From the NCBI GenBank assembly GCA_041178085.1, contig JBEGVZ010000088.1, positions 1-43,703 on the forward strand: 43,703 bases of DNA, in the 5' to 3' direction. The translations under genes and the position numbers were made by a program. Positions 10,645 through 21,001 of the stretch are shown here, piece by piece (positions within the stretch are counted from its first letter, which is position 1; each line of letters begins with the position of its first letter). The DNA comes from Pseudomonadota bacterium (GTDB lineage: Bacteria; Bdellovibrionota_B; Oligoflexia; Oligoflexales; RGVZ01). Under the pieces are notes generated by a model, which ran no database searches, was not told the DNA's origin, and saw only the letters and a program-made list of their open reading frames with translations.

Positions 10645-11271
10645 TTACTTGTTGTACAATTCAACGATGAGACGCTCTTTCACATTCATGTGGATGTCAG
10701 AACGCGTCGGTTCCGCAATCACCTTGCCACTGAACTTGGTGTGGTCCACCTGGAACCAAGGCAGTGCTGCACGCCTGGCAAACAGTTCAGCCGCCAAAGT
10801 GAACTTGGCCTGCTTCTGACTTGCTGGTGCAAGGCTGACCTCGTCCCCGATATCAAGTGCCGCACTGGGAATGTTACAACGCTTGCCGTTGACGAAGATG
10901 TGGTTGTGACGAACAACCTGCTTGGCCTCGTTGCGACTGCGAGCAAAACCCATGCGGAAGACAACGTTATCGAGGCGGAGCTCAAGGTTGCGGAAGAAGA
11001 TGTCCGAGGTAACACCGCGCTCTTTGCTCGACTTGGCGAACAGGTTGCGAAGCGGACGCTCGAGAAGACCATAAACACGCTTCACCTTTTGCTTTTCGCG
11101 CATCTGCACGCCGAATTCGGAGAGCTTGGTGCGCTGCTGGCCATGCTGGCCGGGAGCATAACCGCGACGCTCAAACGAGCAACGGTCGGTGAAACAACGA
11201 TCGCCTTTCAGGAAGAGTTTCTCACCTTCCCGGCGACAGAGCCTGCAAACTGGACCGGAATAACGGGCCAC
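10645..11271 (-). CDS. rpsD: 30S ribosomal protein S4
   Basis: ARYSGPVCRLCRREG (Zn-type); PGQHG; LELRLDNVVFRMG; GTG start. Confidence 0.98.
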   Translation of the reverse strand: MARYSGPVCRLCRREGEKLFLKGDRCFTDRCSFERRGYAPGQHGQQRTKLSEFGVQMREKQKVKRVYGLLERPLRNLFAKSSKERGVTSDIFFRNLELRLDNVVFRMGFARSRNEAKQVVRHNHIFVNGKRCNIPSAALDIGDEVSLAPASQKQAKFTLAAELFARRAALPWFQVDHTKFSGKVIAEPTRSDIHMNVKERLIVELYNK

Positions 11272-11299
11272 TGGATTACCCCTTCTTCAATACTGTTGA

Positions 11300-11698
11300 T
11301 CAGACCCGACGGCGCTTCGACGGACGGCAGCCATTGTGCGGGATCGGGGTAACATCTTTGATCATGGCAACACGCATGCCAGCAGCTGCGATTGCACGGA
11401 CTGCACTCTCACGACCCGAACCAGGACCGCTGACGAGAACAGAGACCGTACGCATGCCGGAATCCATTGCCTTGCGAGCCACTTCCTCAGCCGCCACTTG
11501 CGCCGCAAATGGTGTGCTTTTACGTGACCCCTTAAAACCCTTTGAACCCGAACTCGACCAAGCCACCACGTCGCCATTGACGTCAGTGATTGTTATGATT
11601 GTGTTGTTAAAGCTGGCCTTGACATGCGCAACACCCATCGGGACGTTACGCTTGACCTTTTTCTTTTTCAGGCCAGTTGATGCTGGTTTCGTTGACAT
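11300..11698 (-). CDS. rpsK: 30S ribosomal protein S11
   Basis: [33 protein letters not shown]. Confidence 0.99.
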   Translation of the reverse strand: MSTKPASTGLKKKKVKRNVPMGVAHVKASFNNTIITITDVNGDVVAWSSSGSKGFKGSRKSTPFAAQVAAEEVARKAMDSGMRTVSVLVSGPGSGRESAVRAIAAAGMRVAMIKDVTPIPHNGCRPSKRRRV

Positions 11699-11729
11699 GG
11701 CTTTGTGCTCTACCTTTTGTTAACGGCTA

Positions 11730-12110
11730 TCAGCCTGTTGGTGCTTTTTTCTTACCGGCGATCGTCTTGCGCGGACCTTTGCGGGTACGAGCGTTGGTGC
11801 GGGTACGTTGACCACGGACCGGCAGCCCCTTGCGATGGCGGACACCGCGAGTACAGTTGAGATCAATCAACCGTTTGACCGACAAAGCCACTTCGCGGCG
11901 AAGGTCACCTTCAACCACCAGCTTGCTGTCAATCACCTTGCGGAGCGCGTTGACGTCGTTTGAATCAAGGTCGGCAGCGCGCATGTCGGGACTGATCCCG
12001 GCTTCACGGACGACCTGCTGAGCGGTCTTGCGGCCGATGCCAAAAATGCTCGTGAGAGCGATCTCGATGCGTTTCTGACCTGGAAGGTCAACACCTGCAA
12101 TACGTGCCAT
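11730..12110 (-). CDS. rpsM: 30S ribosomal protein S13
   Basis: [35 protein letters not shown]. Start set at the MARIAG ATG (12110). Confidence 0.98.
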   Translation of the reverse strand: MARIAGVDLPGQKRIEIALTSIFGIGRKTAQQVVREAGISPDMRAADLDSNDVNALRKVIDSKLVVEGDLRREVALSVKRLIDLNCTRGVRHRKGLPVRGQRTRTNARTRKGPRKTIAGKKKAPTG

Positions 12111-12117
12111 GGATACC

Positions 12118-12231
12118 TTACCCCTGCTTCTGCTTGTGCTTGCCAACCGAGCAGATCACCCGCACGACATTCTTGCGGCGAACAATCTTGCACTTCTCAC
12201 AAATTGGCTTCACGCTTGCTCTGACTTTCAT
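12118..12231 (-). CDS. rpmJ: 50S ribosomal protein L36 (zinc-binding form)
   Basis: Not in the ORF track. Manual translation [37 protein letters not shown] (37 aa, C-C-C-H ligands). Confidence 0.97.
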   Translation of the reverse strand: MKVRASVKPICEKCKIVRRKNVVRVICSVGKHKQKQG

Positions 12232-12271
12232 ATCCCACCATTCCCTTTAAAAACTGGCGAAATGTGCTTTG

Positions 12272-12490
12272 CTACTTCGCGCGATACGTAATCCGCCCAC
12301 GAGTTAAATCGTAGGGCGAAATTTCCAACTTCACCTTGTCACCGGGCAGGATCTTGATGAAGTGCATCCTCATCTTCCCGCTGATGTGCGCCAGAACCTC
12401 ATGTCCGTTTTCCAGCTGAACGCGGAACATCGCATTGGGAAGCGGTTCCTTGACCACGCCTTCGACTTCAATGACTTCTTCTTTTGCCAT
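12272..12490 (-). CDS. infA: Translation initiation factor IF-1
   Basis: [33 protein letters not shown]; 72 aa from ATG 12490. Confidence 0.98.
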   Translation of the reverse strand: MAKEEVIEVEGVVKEPLPNAMFRVQLENGHEVLAHISGKMRMHFIKILPGDKVKLEISPYDLTRGRITYRAK

Positions 12491-12541
12491 CCCACTTCTT
12501 CTTCCAACAAGGCCGGACCTTCCCGACAAGAAAGGTGCGGC

Positions 12542-12570
12542 ACACTAACCTAAAGCAAGTTCACCTGCAA
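12542..12570 (-). promoter_or_regulatory. Putative internal sigma70 promoter for infA-rpmJ-alpha genes
   Basis: TTGCAG-N17-TAGTGT on the - strand in the adk-infA spacer. Confidence 0.45.
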
Positions 12571-12580
12571 GCTTTTTAGC

Positions 12581-13225
12581 CTACAGCTTCAAGCCCTTCA
12601 GGCGATCTTGAAGCTTGGTGAAAACATCCTGCGTCGTACCCAGACCATCCACCCGGTGGTACAGGCCTTTTTCCCTGTAATAATCCAGCACTGGCTTGGT
12701 CGTTGACTCATAAACCGAAAGCCGGGTGCGCACACTCTCTTCGCGGTCGTCCGGGCGTTGCTGCAGGGCTTCCCCACACTTGTCACAACGATTCGCCACT
12801 TTTGGCGGCGTCATCGACAGATGAAAAGTCGCGCCACACTTGGAACAAACCCGACGGCCACTCAGCCGGTTGACCAGTTCCACCACGTCGACATCCAGAT
12901 GGATTGCAGCCACCACCGGATGCATTTCTTTTAAAGAATCCAGGGTCTTGGCCTGAGTCACATTCCTGGGATAGCCATCCAGCAGGATCTTTTCCTTGGC
13001 GTCAGGTCCTAGCTCTTCACGCAAAATCTGAAACAGGATCTCATCCGAGACAAGCTCACCGCGGGCCATGACCGCCTCGGCCTTGATGCCGATCGGGGTC
13101 TTCAACTTGACGTGCTTGCGCAGGGCGTCCCCGGTAGAAACCTTCCGGAAACCAGCTTTTTCTGCGAGCAGGTCGGCCTGGGTGCCTTTCCCGGCACCCG
13201 GTGCTCCCGTCAGGACTACGATCAT
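12581..13225 (-). CDS. adk: Adenylate kinase with Zn-binding LID
   Basis: GAPGAGKGTQA; STGDALR; LDGYPRN; CSKCG..CDKCG; QRPDD. Confidence 0.97.
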   Translation of the reverse strand: MIVVLTGAPGAGKGTQADLLAEKAGFRKVSTGDALRKHVKLKTPIGIKAEAVMARGELVSDEILFQILREELGPDAKEKILLDGYPRNVTQAKTLDSLKEMHPVVAAIHLDVDVVELVNRLSGRRVCSKCGATFHLSMTPPKVANRCDKCGEALQQRPDDREESVRTRLSVYESTTKPVLDYYREKGLYHRVDGLGTTQDVFTKLQDRLKGLKL

Positions 13226-14544
13226 ACCGTTCCCCGACGAGGACGGATGGCGCCCTTCTTCAGGAACGCGTCATAGCGAAGGCTTTGGCGATGCGCTTCG
13301 ATCTGGCGGAAGGTCTCCAGGGCCGTACCGACCACGATCAGAAGGCTTGTGCCGCCGAAATAAAACTGAACATTGAACTTGCCAGTCAGGATCGTCGGCA
13401 GAACGCAGATCGCAGACAGGTAAAGTGCGCCAGACAGGGTCAGACGGCTCACGATCCGATCAAGAAACTCTGCAGTGCGGGCGCCAGGACGAATTCCCGG
13501 GATGAACCCACCGTGCTTCTTGAGATTTTCGGCAATCTCATCCGGCTTGAAAGTAATCGACGTGTAGAAATACGCGAAGAAAATGATCATCGCCACGTAG
13601 ACGGCGTTATACAGCCAGCCGCCTGGGTTGAGATTTGCTTGAACGAAATCGGCAACTTTTGAGTTGGGCGCCACGGCGGTAATCGTCAGCGGAAACTGCA
13701 ACAATGAGCTGGCAAAAATGGGCGGAATCACACCAGCTGCGTTCAAGCGGATCGGCAAATGGGAGTTTTGACCCCCGTAGATCCGGCCACCGACCTGACG
13801 CTTTGCGTACTGGATCGGGACTTGACGGACGCCGTTCTCCAGGAACACAACCCCGCCGATCACAACCACGATCACACCAACCAGTAGGGCTACCCGCGCC
13901 AGATCAAGTTGAGCATGGGCAAACTGGCCGTAGGTGTTCGCGATGACACTGGGCAAGCCAGCGACAATCCCGGCGAAGATAATCAGCGACATGCCGTTGC
14001 CAACTCCACGCTCGGTGATCTGCTCACCTAGCCACATCACGAAGGCCGTGCCGGCTGTCAGAGATAACATCGTCATGAGCTTCCAGCCCATGCCGCCTGT
14101 CAACACTAGAGATGTTCCTTGGAAAGGAGCCGATTCAAGCGTCTTTGCGATCATGAAGCCTTGGACCAGCGCCAGCACGATCGTCCCGTAACGGGTGTAC
14201 TGGGTGATCTTGCGGCGGCCCGCCTCGCCTTCCTTGGAAAGAGCCTCGAGTTGAGGAACCACCACGGTCAGCAATTGCGCGATGATCGACGCAGAGATGT
14301 ATGGCATTACGCCTAGCGCAAAGACTGAGAAACGTTCAAGGGCGCCACCTGAGAACATGTTAAACATGCCAAACAGGTTTGCGCCTTGGGACTTGAAGAA
14401 TTCACCCAGGGCATCCGTGTCAACACCCGGGATCGGAACGTGTACGCCGATCCGGTAAATTGCAAGGAAACCCAGAGTAAAGAGGATCTTCTTTTGCAGG
14501 TGGTTCAGCGTGCCTTCCGGTAGCTTCGTGATCGCCTGGGCCAC
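13222..14544 (-). CDS. secY: Preprotein translocase subunit SecY
   Basis: FSVFALGVMPYISASII; WLGEQITERGVGNG; GVIPPIFA; FIPGIRPG; GGTSLLIVV. Confidence 0.99.
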   Translation of the reverse strand: MAQAITKLPEGTLNHLQKKILFTLGFLAIYRIGVHVPIPGVDTDALGEFFKSQGANLFGMFNMFSGGALERFSVFALGVMPYISASIIAQLLTVVVPQLEALSKEGEAGRRKITQYTRYGTIVLALVQGFMIAKTLESAPFQGTSLVLTGGMGWKLMTMLSLTAGTAFVMWLGEQITERGVGNGMSLIIFAGIVAGLPSVIANTYGQFAHAQLDLARVALLVGVIVVVIGGVVFLENGVRQVPIQYAKRQVGGRIYGGQNSHLPIRLNAAGVIPPIFASSLLQFPLTITAVAPNSKVADFVQANLNPGGWLYNAVYVAMIIFFAYFYTSITFKPDEIAENLKKHGGFIPGIRPGARTAEFLDRIVSRLTLSGALYLSAICVLPTILTGKFNVQFYFGGTSLLIVVGTALETFRQIEAHRQSLRYDAFLKKGAIRPRRGTV

Positions 14545-14546
14545 TC

Positions 14547-15020
14547 TTATTTCTCCTCGACTTTACCGCCCAATTTTTCTACGGCCTGCTTGGCCGAAGC
14601 GCTTGCCTTGTTCACCACCACCGTCAGCTTCTTCTCGAGCTTGCCTTTGCCGAGGAGCTTAACAGGGAGGCTGTCGAACCGGATCAAACCGGCCTTCTTC
14701 AGGGCTTCGCGGTCAACCTGTGCGCCGGCATCAAACCGGTTGAGGTCACAGACGTTGATCGCGTTGAAGCGATTGGCGAAAAGATTGGTGAAGCCGCGCT
14801 TTGGCAAACGCCTGTAGAGAGGCATCTGACCGCCTTCGAAACCAGCGCGGATACCGCCGCCCTTACGGGCTGTCTGGCCTTTGCCCCCGCGGGCTGAGGT
14901 CTTGCCCAGACCGCTACCGATACCGCGACCAAGGCGCTTTACCTTGATGTTGGAACCTTTGGCGGGAACGACGTTGCCGAGGTTTTTCAATGCCGCAGTT
15001 GCGGCCTTCTTGGTTGCCAT
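14547..15020 (-). CDS. rplO: 50S ribosomal protein L15
   Basis: RLGRGIGSGLGKT; GFEGGQMPLYRRLPKRGF; N-terminal MATKKAATAA extension. Confidence 0.97.
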   Translation of the reverse strand: MATKKAATAALKNLGNVVPAKGSNIKVKRLGRGIGSGLGKTSARGGKGQTARKGGGIRAGFEGGQMPLYRRLPKRGFTNLFANRFNAINVCDLNRFDAGAQVDREALKKAGLIRFDSLPVKLLGKGKLEKKLTVVVNKASASAKQAVEKLGGKVEEK

Positions 15021-15022
15021 GT

Positions 15023-15205
15023 TCAACCCTTCAACTCGTAGGAAACAAGGTGCTTCACCTTGTTGATCATTCCACGGATGCAGTTGTTGTCCTTGTGCGC
15101 CTTGGTGTGGCCGATGCGGCGCAGGCCAAGTGCCTTGACAACCTTCCTGTTGGCTTCCGACTGGCCAATCAGGCTGCGTGTTTGCTTGATGATGATCTCA
15201 GACAT
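15023..15205 (-). CDS. rpmD: 50S ribosomal protein L30
   Basis: QTRSLIG; ALGLRRI; IRGMINKVKHLV. Confidence 0.97.
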   Translation of the reverse strand: MSEIIIKQTRSLIGQSEANRKVVKALGLRRIGHTKAHKDNNCIRGMINKVKHLVSYELKG

Positions 15206-15229
15206 TGCTCAAAACTCCCTGGCCGCAAC

Positions 15230-15832
15230 TTACTTCTTGGCCTTGGCAGAGCCAGCCTTGTTAGCTGCTGCCTTGGTGCTACGACGAATCTCGCCTTTAC
15301 TGTGACGGATCTGGCGGGTTGCTTCCGGAGTCCGGCCGCGGTAACCCGTATACTGCTCAGGCAACATCAGCTGCTTGAGGCCGTCCATTGCAGCGCGGAC
15401 CACGTTCTGGTGGTTCTTCGTGCCGTGAACCTTGCAAATGATGTCCTGGACACCACCGAGTTCAACCAGGATACGAACGGCACCACCGGCGATGATTCCC
15501 TTACCTTTTTTGGCCGGGAACATGATCACGCGCGCAGAACCGAACTTGCCGATCACGTCAAACGGGATCGTACCGTCAACGGTCGGGATCTTGGTCATGT
15601 TCTTCTTGGCCTGTTCGGAAGCCTTCCGGATTGCATCCGGAACTTCACTGGCCTTGCCCAGGCCGAAGCCTACCTTCTCACGACCGTCACCGACGACGAC
15701 CAGTGCGCTGAAGCTGAAGCGGCGTCCGCCCTTCACGACCTTTGCAACGCGGGCGATGTGGACTACGCGGTCTTGAAGACCATCGTTGTCCTTTTCTTCC
15801 ACTTTTCTTGGCTCTTTGGTTTCTTTTGCCAC
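15230..15832 (-). CDS. rpsE: 30S ribosomal protein S5
   Basis: [32 protein letters not shown]; basic C-terminal tail. Confidence 0.98.
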   Translation of the reverse strand: MAKETKEPRKVEEKDNDGLQDRVVHIARVAKVVKGGRRFSFSALVVVGDGREKVGFGLGKASEVPDAIRKASEQAKKNMTKIPTVDGTIPFDVIGKFGSARVIMFPAKKGKGIIAGGAVRILVELGGVQDIICKVHGTKNHQNVVRAAMDGLKQLMLPEQYTGYRGRTPEATRQIRHSKGEIRRSTKAAANKAGSAKAKK

Positions 15833-15853
15833 AGGTTACCTCTCAAGAGTCCT

Positions 15854-16210
15854 TTAGAAATCCAGACCAGCTTCACGGGCACCGTCTGCCAAAGCCTTGA
15901 TGCGGCCGTGGTAGGTGTAACCGTTCTTGTCAAAGACCACTTTGGTTATGTTCTTTTCTTTGCACTTGGCGGCAAGCTTCTTGCCAATCTCAGTGCAGAC
16001 TTCCTTATTGGCGCGCTCGGCCTTGCCCTTGGCGAAGGTGCCGACGGAAACCAACGTCTTGCCAGTCTCGTCATCAACGACCTGGACAAAGACATGGCGT
16101 GCCGAACGGAACACCGACATCCGCGGACGTTCAGACGTCCCGCTGATCTTCTTGCGACCGCGCAGTTTCCTGCGTTCGCGCATTACGTTTCTTTCGTTTG
16201 TGTTGCTCAT
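15854..16210 (-). CDS. rplR: 50S ribosomal protein L18
   Basis: ERPRMSVFRS; VVFDKNGYTYHGRIKALADGAREAGL. Confidence 0.98.
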   Translation of the reverse strand: MSNTNERNVMRERRKLRGRKKISGTSERPRMSVFRSARHVFVQVVDDETGKTLVSVGTFAKGKAERANKEVCTEIGKKLAAKCKEKNITKVVFDKNGYTYHGRIKALADGAREAGLDF

Positions 16211-16251
16211 CGATTCTTCCTTCTGATTAACGCTGCTGGATCCGAGACTGG

Positions 16252-16794
16252 TTACTTCTTACCAGCAGCCTTGCCGACCTTGGTCGCAATCACTTCGTCG
16301 GCATAACGGACACCCTTGCCATGGTATGGCTCCGGAGCGCGCAATCCACGGAGGGTTGCCGCCACACGACCCACGAGCTCCTTGTCGGCGCCCGAAACAA
16401 TCAATGTGGTCTGTTTGTCGACCTTGAGCTCGATTCCAGCCGGAGCGTCGAAGTCGATCGCGTGGCTGTGGCCGAGGTTCAAAGTCAGGCCCTTGCCCTT
16501 GGCTGCGGCGCGGTAACCCACACCGACCAGGGAGAGCGATTTGGTGAAGCCTTCCGAAACCCCGGTCACCATGTTGGCGACGACGGTCCGGGTCAGGCCG
16601 TGAAACTGGGCGATATCGTTGCGGCCGCTTTTTGGCACAATCTTCACTGCGCCTGCCTCAACGGTCACGTTCATCGTGTCGTGAACCTTCTGCTCAAGCT
16701 GACCTTTGGGGCCCTTGACCTTGACAACTGGTCCTTCGACCTTGACTTCAACACCCTTAGGCAGGGTGATTGGCTTTTTACCGATCCGAGACAT
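16252..16794 (-). CDS. rplF: 50S ribosomal protein L6
   Basis: MSRIGKKPI; VKGPKG; GVGYRA; PEPYHGKGVRY. Confidence 0.98.
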   Translation of the reverse strand: MSRIGKKPITLPKGVEVKVEGPVVKVKGPKGQLEQKVHDTMNVTVEAGAVKIVPKSGRNDIAQFHGLTRTVVANMVTGVSEGFTKSLSLVGVGYRAAAKGKGLTLNLGHSHAIDFDAPAGIELKVDKQTTLIVSGADKELVGRVAATLRGLRAPEPYHGKGVRYADEVIATKVGKAAGKK

Positions 16795-16851
16795 TGCTTA
16801 GTCCCCTTCAAACTTAACTGGCCACCTGCCACATGGCGGGGCTCGAGAAAA

Positions 16852-17250
16852 TTAGTAAACCGAGCAGAGGAGTTCCCCGCCAAGGCGTTGCTTGCGGGCT
16901 TCGCGGTCTGTCATGACTCCACGAGAAGTCGACAGGATCGCTGTTCCGTAGCCGTTCTTGACGTATGGGATCTTGTCCACGCCGACGTACATCCGGCGAC
17001 CTGGACGGCTGACCCGGCGGATGCCAAGGATGACGCCCTTACCGTCTTCGCGGTAGTTCAGCGCGATCTTGATCACGCCTTGCTTGCGGTCACGGATACA
17101 CTTGTAATTACGGATGAAGCCTTCTTCACGGAGCAAGTGAGTCACCGCGATCTTGATCCCTGATGCCGGGACCGTGACCACTTCATGACCGGCCTTCTGG
17201 CCGTTCCGGATACGTGTAAGAAGATCTGAAATTGGATCACAAATTTGCAT
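16852..17250 (-). CDS. rpsH: 30S ribosomal protein S8
   Basis: DPISDLLTRIRN; VSRPGRRMY; ILSTSRGVMTD; GGELLC. Confidence 0.98.
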   Translation of the reverse strand: MQICDPISDLLTRIRNGQKAGHEVVTVPASGIKIAVTHLLREEGFIRNYKCIRDRKQGVIKIALNYREDGKGVILGIRRVSRPGRRMYVGVDKIPYVKNGYGTAILSTSRGVMTDREARKQRLGGELLCSVY

Positions 17251-17262
17251 ATGCGTCTCCTA

Positions 17263-17448
17263 TTACCAGGAAGCCTTGATAACGCCGGGCAGCTGGCCCT
17301 TGAGCGCCATCAAACGGAAGCAAATACGGCAAACACCAAACTTGCGGTAGACAGCCTTCGGGCGCCCGCACTTGGTGCAGCGGGTGTAACCCCGGGTGCT
17401 GAACTTGGGCTTCCGATTACATTTTTCAATCATGGCTTTCTTGGCCAT
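17263..17448 (-). CDS. rpsZ: 30S ribosomal protein S14, zinc-binding type Z
   Basis: 61 aa; [23 protein letters not shown]. Confidence 0.97.
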   Translation of the reverse strand: MAKKAMIEKCNRKPKFSTRGYTRCTKCGRPKAVYRKFGVCRICFRLMALKGQLPGVIKASW

Positions 17449-17487
17449 TGTCCCTGTGCTCCTTCCAGCTTGCGCTGATTGCTTTCT

Positions 17488-18063
17488 TTACTTGCGGAAT
17501 GGAAAGTTGAACTTCTCGAGCAATGCTTTCGCTTCCACGTCATTCTTCGCCGAGGTCACGATCGTGATACCAAGCCCACGGACCTTATCCACCTTGTCAT
17601 AGTCGATCTCTGGAAAGATGATCTGTTCTTTGACACCCAGGGAGTAACAGCCGCGGCCATCGAATGCCTTCGGAGAGAAACCGCGGAAGTCGCGAATCCG
17701 CGGCACTGCAACGTTGATGAAACGATCGAGAAATTCGTACATGCGGGCGCGACGCAGGGTCACTGCACAACCAATCGGCATGCCTTGACGCAGTTTAAAC
17801 GTCGCGATGCTCTTCTTCGCGCGGGTCATGATCGGCTTCTGGCCGGTAATAAGGGTAAGGTCATTAACCGCCCCTTCCAGCGCCTTGCGGTTTTCGACCG
17901 CATCGCCTTCACCGATGTTGACGACGATCTTCTTGATTACAGGGACTTGCATCGGATTCTTCAACCCGAGGTCCTTCTGGAGCTGGGCACGGACTTCGGC
18001 GAATTGTGCCTGCAGCCGTGGCACCTGGCCTGCTGATTTTGATGCTGTCTTCTTCGTTGCCAT
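17488..18063 (-). CDS. rplE: 50S ribosomal protein L5
   Basis: [30 protein letters not shown]-terminal [10 protein letters not shown] extension. Confidence 0.98.
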   Translation of the reverse strand: MATKKTASKSAGQVPRLQAQFAEVRAQLQKDLGLKNPMQVPVIKKIVVNIGEGDAVENRKALEGAVNDLTLITGQKPIMTRAKKSIATFKLRQGMPIGCAVTLRRARMYEFLDRFINVAVPRIRDFRGFSPKAFDGRGCYSLGVKEQIIFPEIDYDKVDKVRGLGITIVTSAKNDVEAKALLEKFNFPFRK

Positions 18064-18143
18064 TTCTCTACTCGTTCCTTCTTGATGGACCCGCTTCCTT
18101 CCCTTCCGGAGGCCTGCGCGGAATCACCTTGTGGGGTGAAGCC

Positions 18144-18515
18144 TTACAGAACTTCCGGAGCCAGCGATGCGATACGGGAGAAGCCCTTCTGCCTCACCTC
18201 ACGCGCCACCGGTCCGAAGATACGGGTACCGACTGGTTCGTTCTCTTTGCCCTTGATCAACACGGCTGCGTTCTCGTCGAAGCGGATGGTCGAGCCATCA
18301 GCCCGCTTCACTTCCTTGGTGGTGCGGACGACGACGGCTTTGTGAACCGTGCCCTTTTCCACCTTGCTGTTTGGCAGAGCTTCCTTGATCGAAACGACAA
18401 TGATGTCGCCGACCGTTGCGAAACGCTTCTTGCTGCCACCGAGAACCTTGAAACACTTCAGACGCTTAGCGCCTGAATTGTCGCCACTCTGCAGTACTGT
18501 TTCCATCTGGATCAT
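18144..18515 (-). CDS. rplN: 50S ribosomal protein L14
   Basis: [39 protein letters not shown]. Confidence 0.99.
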   Translation of the reverse strand: MIQMETVLQSGDNSGAKRLKCFKVLGGSKKRFATVGDIIVVSIKEALPNSKVEKGTVHKAVVVRTTKEVKRADGSTIRFDENAAVLIKGKENEPVGTRIFGPVAREVRQKGFSRIASLAPEVL

Positions 18516-18557
18516 GAAATCACCTGTATCGCGATGTCTTCAGGGGAACCCCGCAGC

Positions 18558-18833
18558 CTAGCGGCGGCCTTCCCGGACAACTTTCACCAATTCAAACTTC
18601 TTGCGGGCGCTGAGGGGGCGGGTCTGGCGGACCAGAACCTCGTCACCGGCGCGGGTAACGTTCTTGGCATCGTGAAACATCAGCTTGGTACGCTGACGGA
18701 TGTACTTGCCAAACACCGGGTGCTTGACCAGACGCTCCACCACTGCAACACGGGATTTCTCCATCTTGTCGCTGGTGACGGTACACCGGATCGTGCGGCC
18801 TACGTTTTCTTTGCTTTTAGATGCTTCGCTCAC
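18558..18833 (-). CDS. rpsQ: 30S ribosomal protein S17
   Basis: VTSDKMEKS; HPVFGKYI; TRPLSARK. Confidence 0.96.
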   Translation of the reverse strand: MSEASKSKENVGRTIRCTVTSDKMEKSRVAVVERLVKHPVFGKYIRQRTKLMFHDAKNVTRAGDEVLVRQTRPLSARKKFELVKVVREGRR

Positions 18834-18868
18834 AGTTCGCTCTCTCTATCAGAACGTTGCAATTTCAA

Positions 18869-19162
18869 TTACTTGGACTTCTTGGCAGCCTTTGGGGCGG
18901 CCTTTTTCGTCGATGCCTTCGCGACCACTTTCTTAGCTGGCTTGGCTGCTGCCGGCTTGGCTGCGCCTTCAGCGCCCCGCAGGGTCAGCAACCGGGCGAG
19001 GGTCCGCTTCAGTCCGCGGATCTTGCCGGAAGCGCGGGCTGCCGGGTTGTAGATGTCCATACGGGCATCGTGGAGGGCGCGACGGACCTGGTGTTCCACT
19101 TCAACGGAACGCTTGGTGTCAAACCCGCGAATTTCTTCACTTTTCAATTTATGCAAATCCAT
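18869..19162 (-). CDS. rpmC: 50S ribosomal protein L29, divergent, with Lys/Ala-rich C-terminal tail
   Basis: Position between rplP and rpsQ; KSEEIR and KIRGLKRTLARLLT match the L29 pattern; about 35-aa tail of AKPAAAKPAKK type. Confidence 0.8.
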   Translation of the reverse strand: MDLHKLKSEEIRGFDTKRSVEVEHQVRRALHDARMDIYNPAARASGKIRGLKRTLARLLTLRGAEGAAKPAAAKPAKKVVAKASTKKAAPKAAKKSK

Positions 19163-19171
19163 GGCTAAACC

Positions 19172-19594
19172 TTATGCCCAGGGGTCATCAGACCGCATGA
19201 TTAGTTTGGTTTTGATCGGAAGCTTGGAGGCAGCGAGTGTCAGGGCCTGCTCAGCAACGGCTTTCTCAACGCCCTGCATCTCATAAAGGATTCTGCCTGG
19301 CTTTACAACTGCAACATAATATTCCACGCCGCCTTTACCGCTACCCATCCGGGTTTCAGCCGGCTTCTTGGTAATTGGCTTGGACGGGAAGATCTTAATG
19401 AAGACGTTTCCGCCCCGCTTGCAGTGACGGGTCATGGCGATACGTGCCGCCTCAATCTGGCGGGCAGTGATCTTGCCACTTTCCATGGCCATCAGGCCGA
19501 ATTCGCCTTTGTGCAGCTCAGTGCCGCCTTTGGCCTTGCCCTTGATCCGGCCCTTGTGAGCCTTCCGGTATTTCATTCTTTTTGGAGCCAGCAT
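19172..19594 (-). CDS. rplP: 50S ribosomal protein L16
   Basis: [38 protein letters not shown]. Confidence 0.99.
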   Translation of the reverse strand: MLAPKRMKYRKAHKGRIKGKAKGGTELHKGEFGLMAMESGKITARQIEAARIAMTRHCKRGGNVFIKIFPSKPITKKPAETRMGSGKGGVEYYVAVVKPGRILYEMQGVEKAVAEQALTLAASKLPIKTKLIMRSDDPWA

Positions 19595-19624
19595 GTCTCA
19601 GTCCTCGCTCGGTCTCTGCTGGTT

Positions 19625-20290
19625 TTAGTTCTGCCTGCCGGCGCTGGATTCTTCGCGGGAGAGAACTTCTCCTTTGAAAACCCACACTTTCACACCAATC
19701 AACCCGTAGGTCGTCAATGCTTCAGCGGTGCCGTAGTCAATGTCAGCACGCAGGGTGTGCAGTGGCACCCGGCCTTCCATGTAACGTTCCATACGGGACA
19801 TGTCCGCGCCGCCAAGACGGCCGCACAACTGGACCTTGATCCCCTTTGCCCCACCCTTCATGGTCTGGCCGATGGACTTCTTCATCGCCCTGCGGAAGGA
19901 AACGCGGCGCTCAAGCTGCTCGCGGATGCTTTCAGCAACCAGTTTTGCGTCCAGGTCAGGCTTCTTCACCTCGAACACGTTCAAGGTCGGTTCACCAGAG
20001 GTGATCTTGCAGTGACGAACAAGTTCGTCCTTCAAGCTCTCGGCGCCAGCGCCCTTTTTGCCGATGATGATACCCGGGCGGCTACTGTGGATATTGATCT
20101 TGAGGTTCTTGGCTGCGCGCTCGATCTCGACCGTAGCAACGCCGGCTGCCTTGAACTTCTTCTCGATATAGCCACGGATGCGGATGTCTTCTTGGAGGAA
20201 CTTTGCGTACTCATGCTTGGAGTACCAGCGCGAGCTCCAGCCCTTGATCACACCGAGGCGGAATCCAATTGGGTTTACTTTCTGTCCCAC
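19625..20290 (-). CDS. rpsC: 30S ribosomal protein S3
   Basis: [36 protein letters not shown]. Confidence 0.99.
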   Translation of the reverse strand: MGQKVNPIGFRLGVIKGWSSRWYSKHEYAKFLQEDIRIRGYIEKKFKAAGVATVEIERAAKNLKINIHSSRPGIIIGKKGAGAESLKDELVRHCKITSGEPTLNVFEVKKPDLDAKLVAESIREQLERRVSFRRAMKKSIGQTMKGGAKGIKVQLCGRLGGADMSRMERYMEGRVPLHTLRADIDYGTAEALTTYGLIGVKVWVFKGEVLSREESSAGRQN

Positions 20291-20326
20291 GAAGTCGTCC
20301 TTCCCTTTCGGGCCCCTTCAAGGCCT

Positions 20327-20665
20327 TTAGATTTCTTTCAGCTTCAACGTGATGTGTGAGGTGCGCTTGCGAACCGGGGTCGCACGACCCTGGGCACGGG
20401 GAATGAAGCGCTTGAGCACAGCACCACCATCCACAAACAGCTCACTGATCACAAGCCGGTCCACATCCACCGTCGCCTTGGACGTTGCGTTGGCGATGGC
20501 CGAGGTCAGAAGACCAGAAACCACAGGCGCCGAGCGCTTGGTCGTCAGCTTGAGGAGGTCCAGGGCTTCCTGGACTTGCTTGCCACGGACAAGGTCAGCA
20601 ACCAGGCGAACCTTGCGGGGGGCAATGCGAACGTTTTTCAATACTGCTTTGTACTGTTCAGACAT
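20327..20665 (-). CDS. rplV: 50S ribosomal protein L22
   Basis: [35 protein letters not shown]. Confidence 0.98.
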   Translation of the reverse strand: MSEQYKAVLKNVRIAPRKVRLVADLVRGKQVQEALDLLKLTTKRSAPVVSGLLTSAIANATSKATVDVDRLVISELFVDGGAVLKRFIPRAQGRATPVRKRTSHITLKLKEI

Positions 20666-20677
20666 CGTCAGTCACCT

Positions 20678-20977
20678 TTATGCGCCAGGAGCCGAGGCAG
20701 GAGCTCCTGCCTTGCCACCTTTTTTGTCGTCACCATGACCATGGAACGTCCGCGTCTGGGCGAATTCACCCAGCTTGTGGCCGACCATGTTCTCGGTCAC
20801 GAAAACCGGAACGAATTTGTTGCCGTTATGAACCGCAAAAGTCAGCCCGACGAATTCGGGCAGAATCGTGGAGCGGCGACTCCACGTCTTGATCGGCTTG
20901 CGGTCTTGACGGGCCTTCTCAGCTTTCTTGAAGAGGAACCCGTCGACAAATGGACCTTTTTTTACGGAACGCGCCAT
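20678..20977 (-). CDS. rpsS: 30S ribosomal protein S19
   Basis: [28 protein letters not shown]. Confidence 0.99.
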   Translation of the reverse strand: MARSVKKGPFVDGFLFKKAEKARQDRKPIKTWSRRSTILPEFVGLTFAVHNGNKFVPVFVTENMVGHKLGEFAQTRTFHGHGDDKKGGKAGAPASAPGA

Positions 20978-21001
20978 GGCGGCCTTCTCCTATCCGCTCA
21001 A

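Noticed and set aside
18082..18345. 87-aa + strand ORF covering the rplN-rplE spacer, considered as an rplX substitute
   Set aside because: Wrong strand, mostly antisense to rplN, and no L24/KOW similarity.
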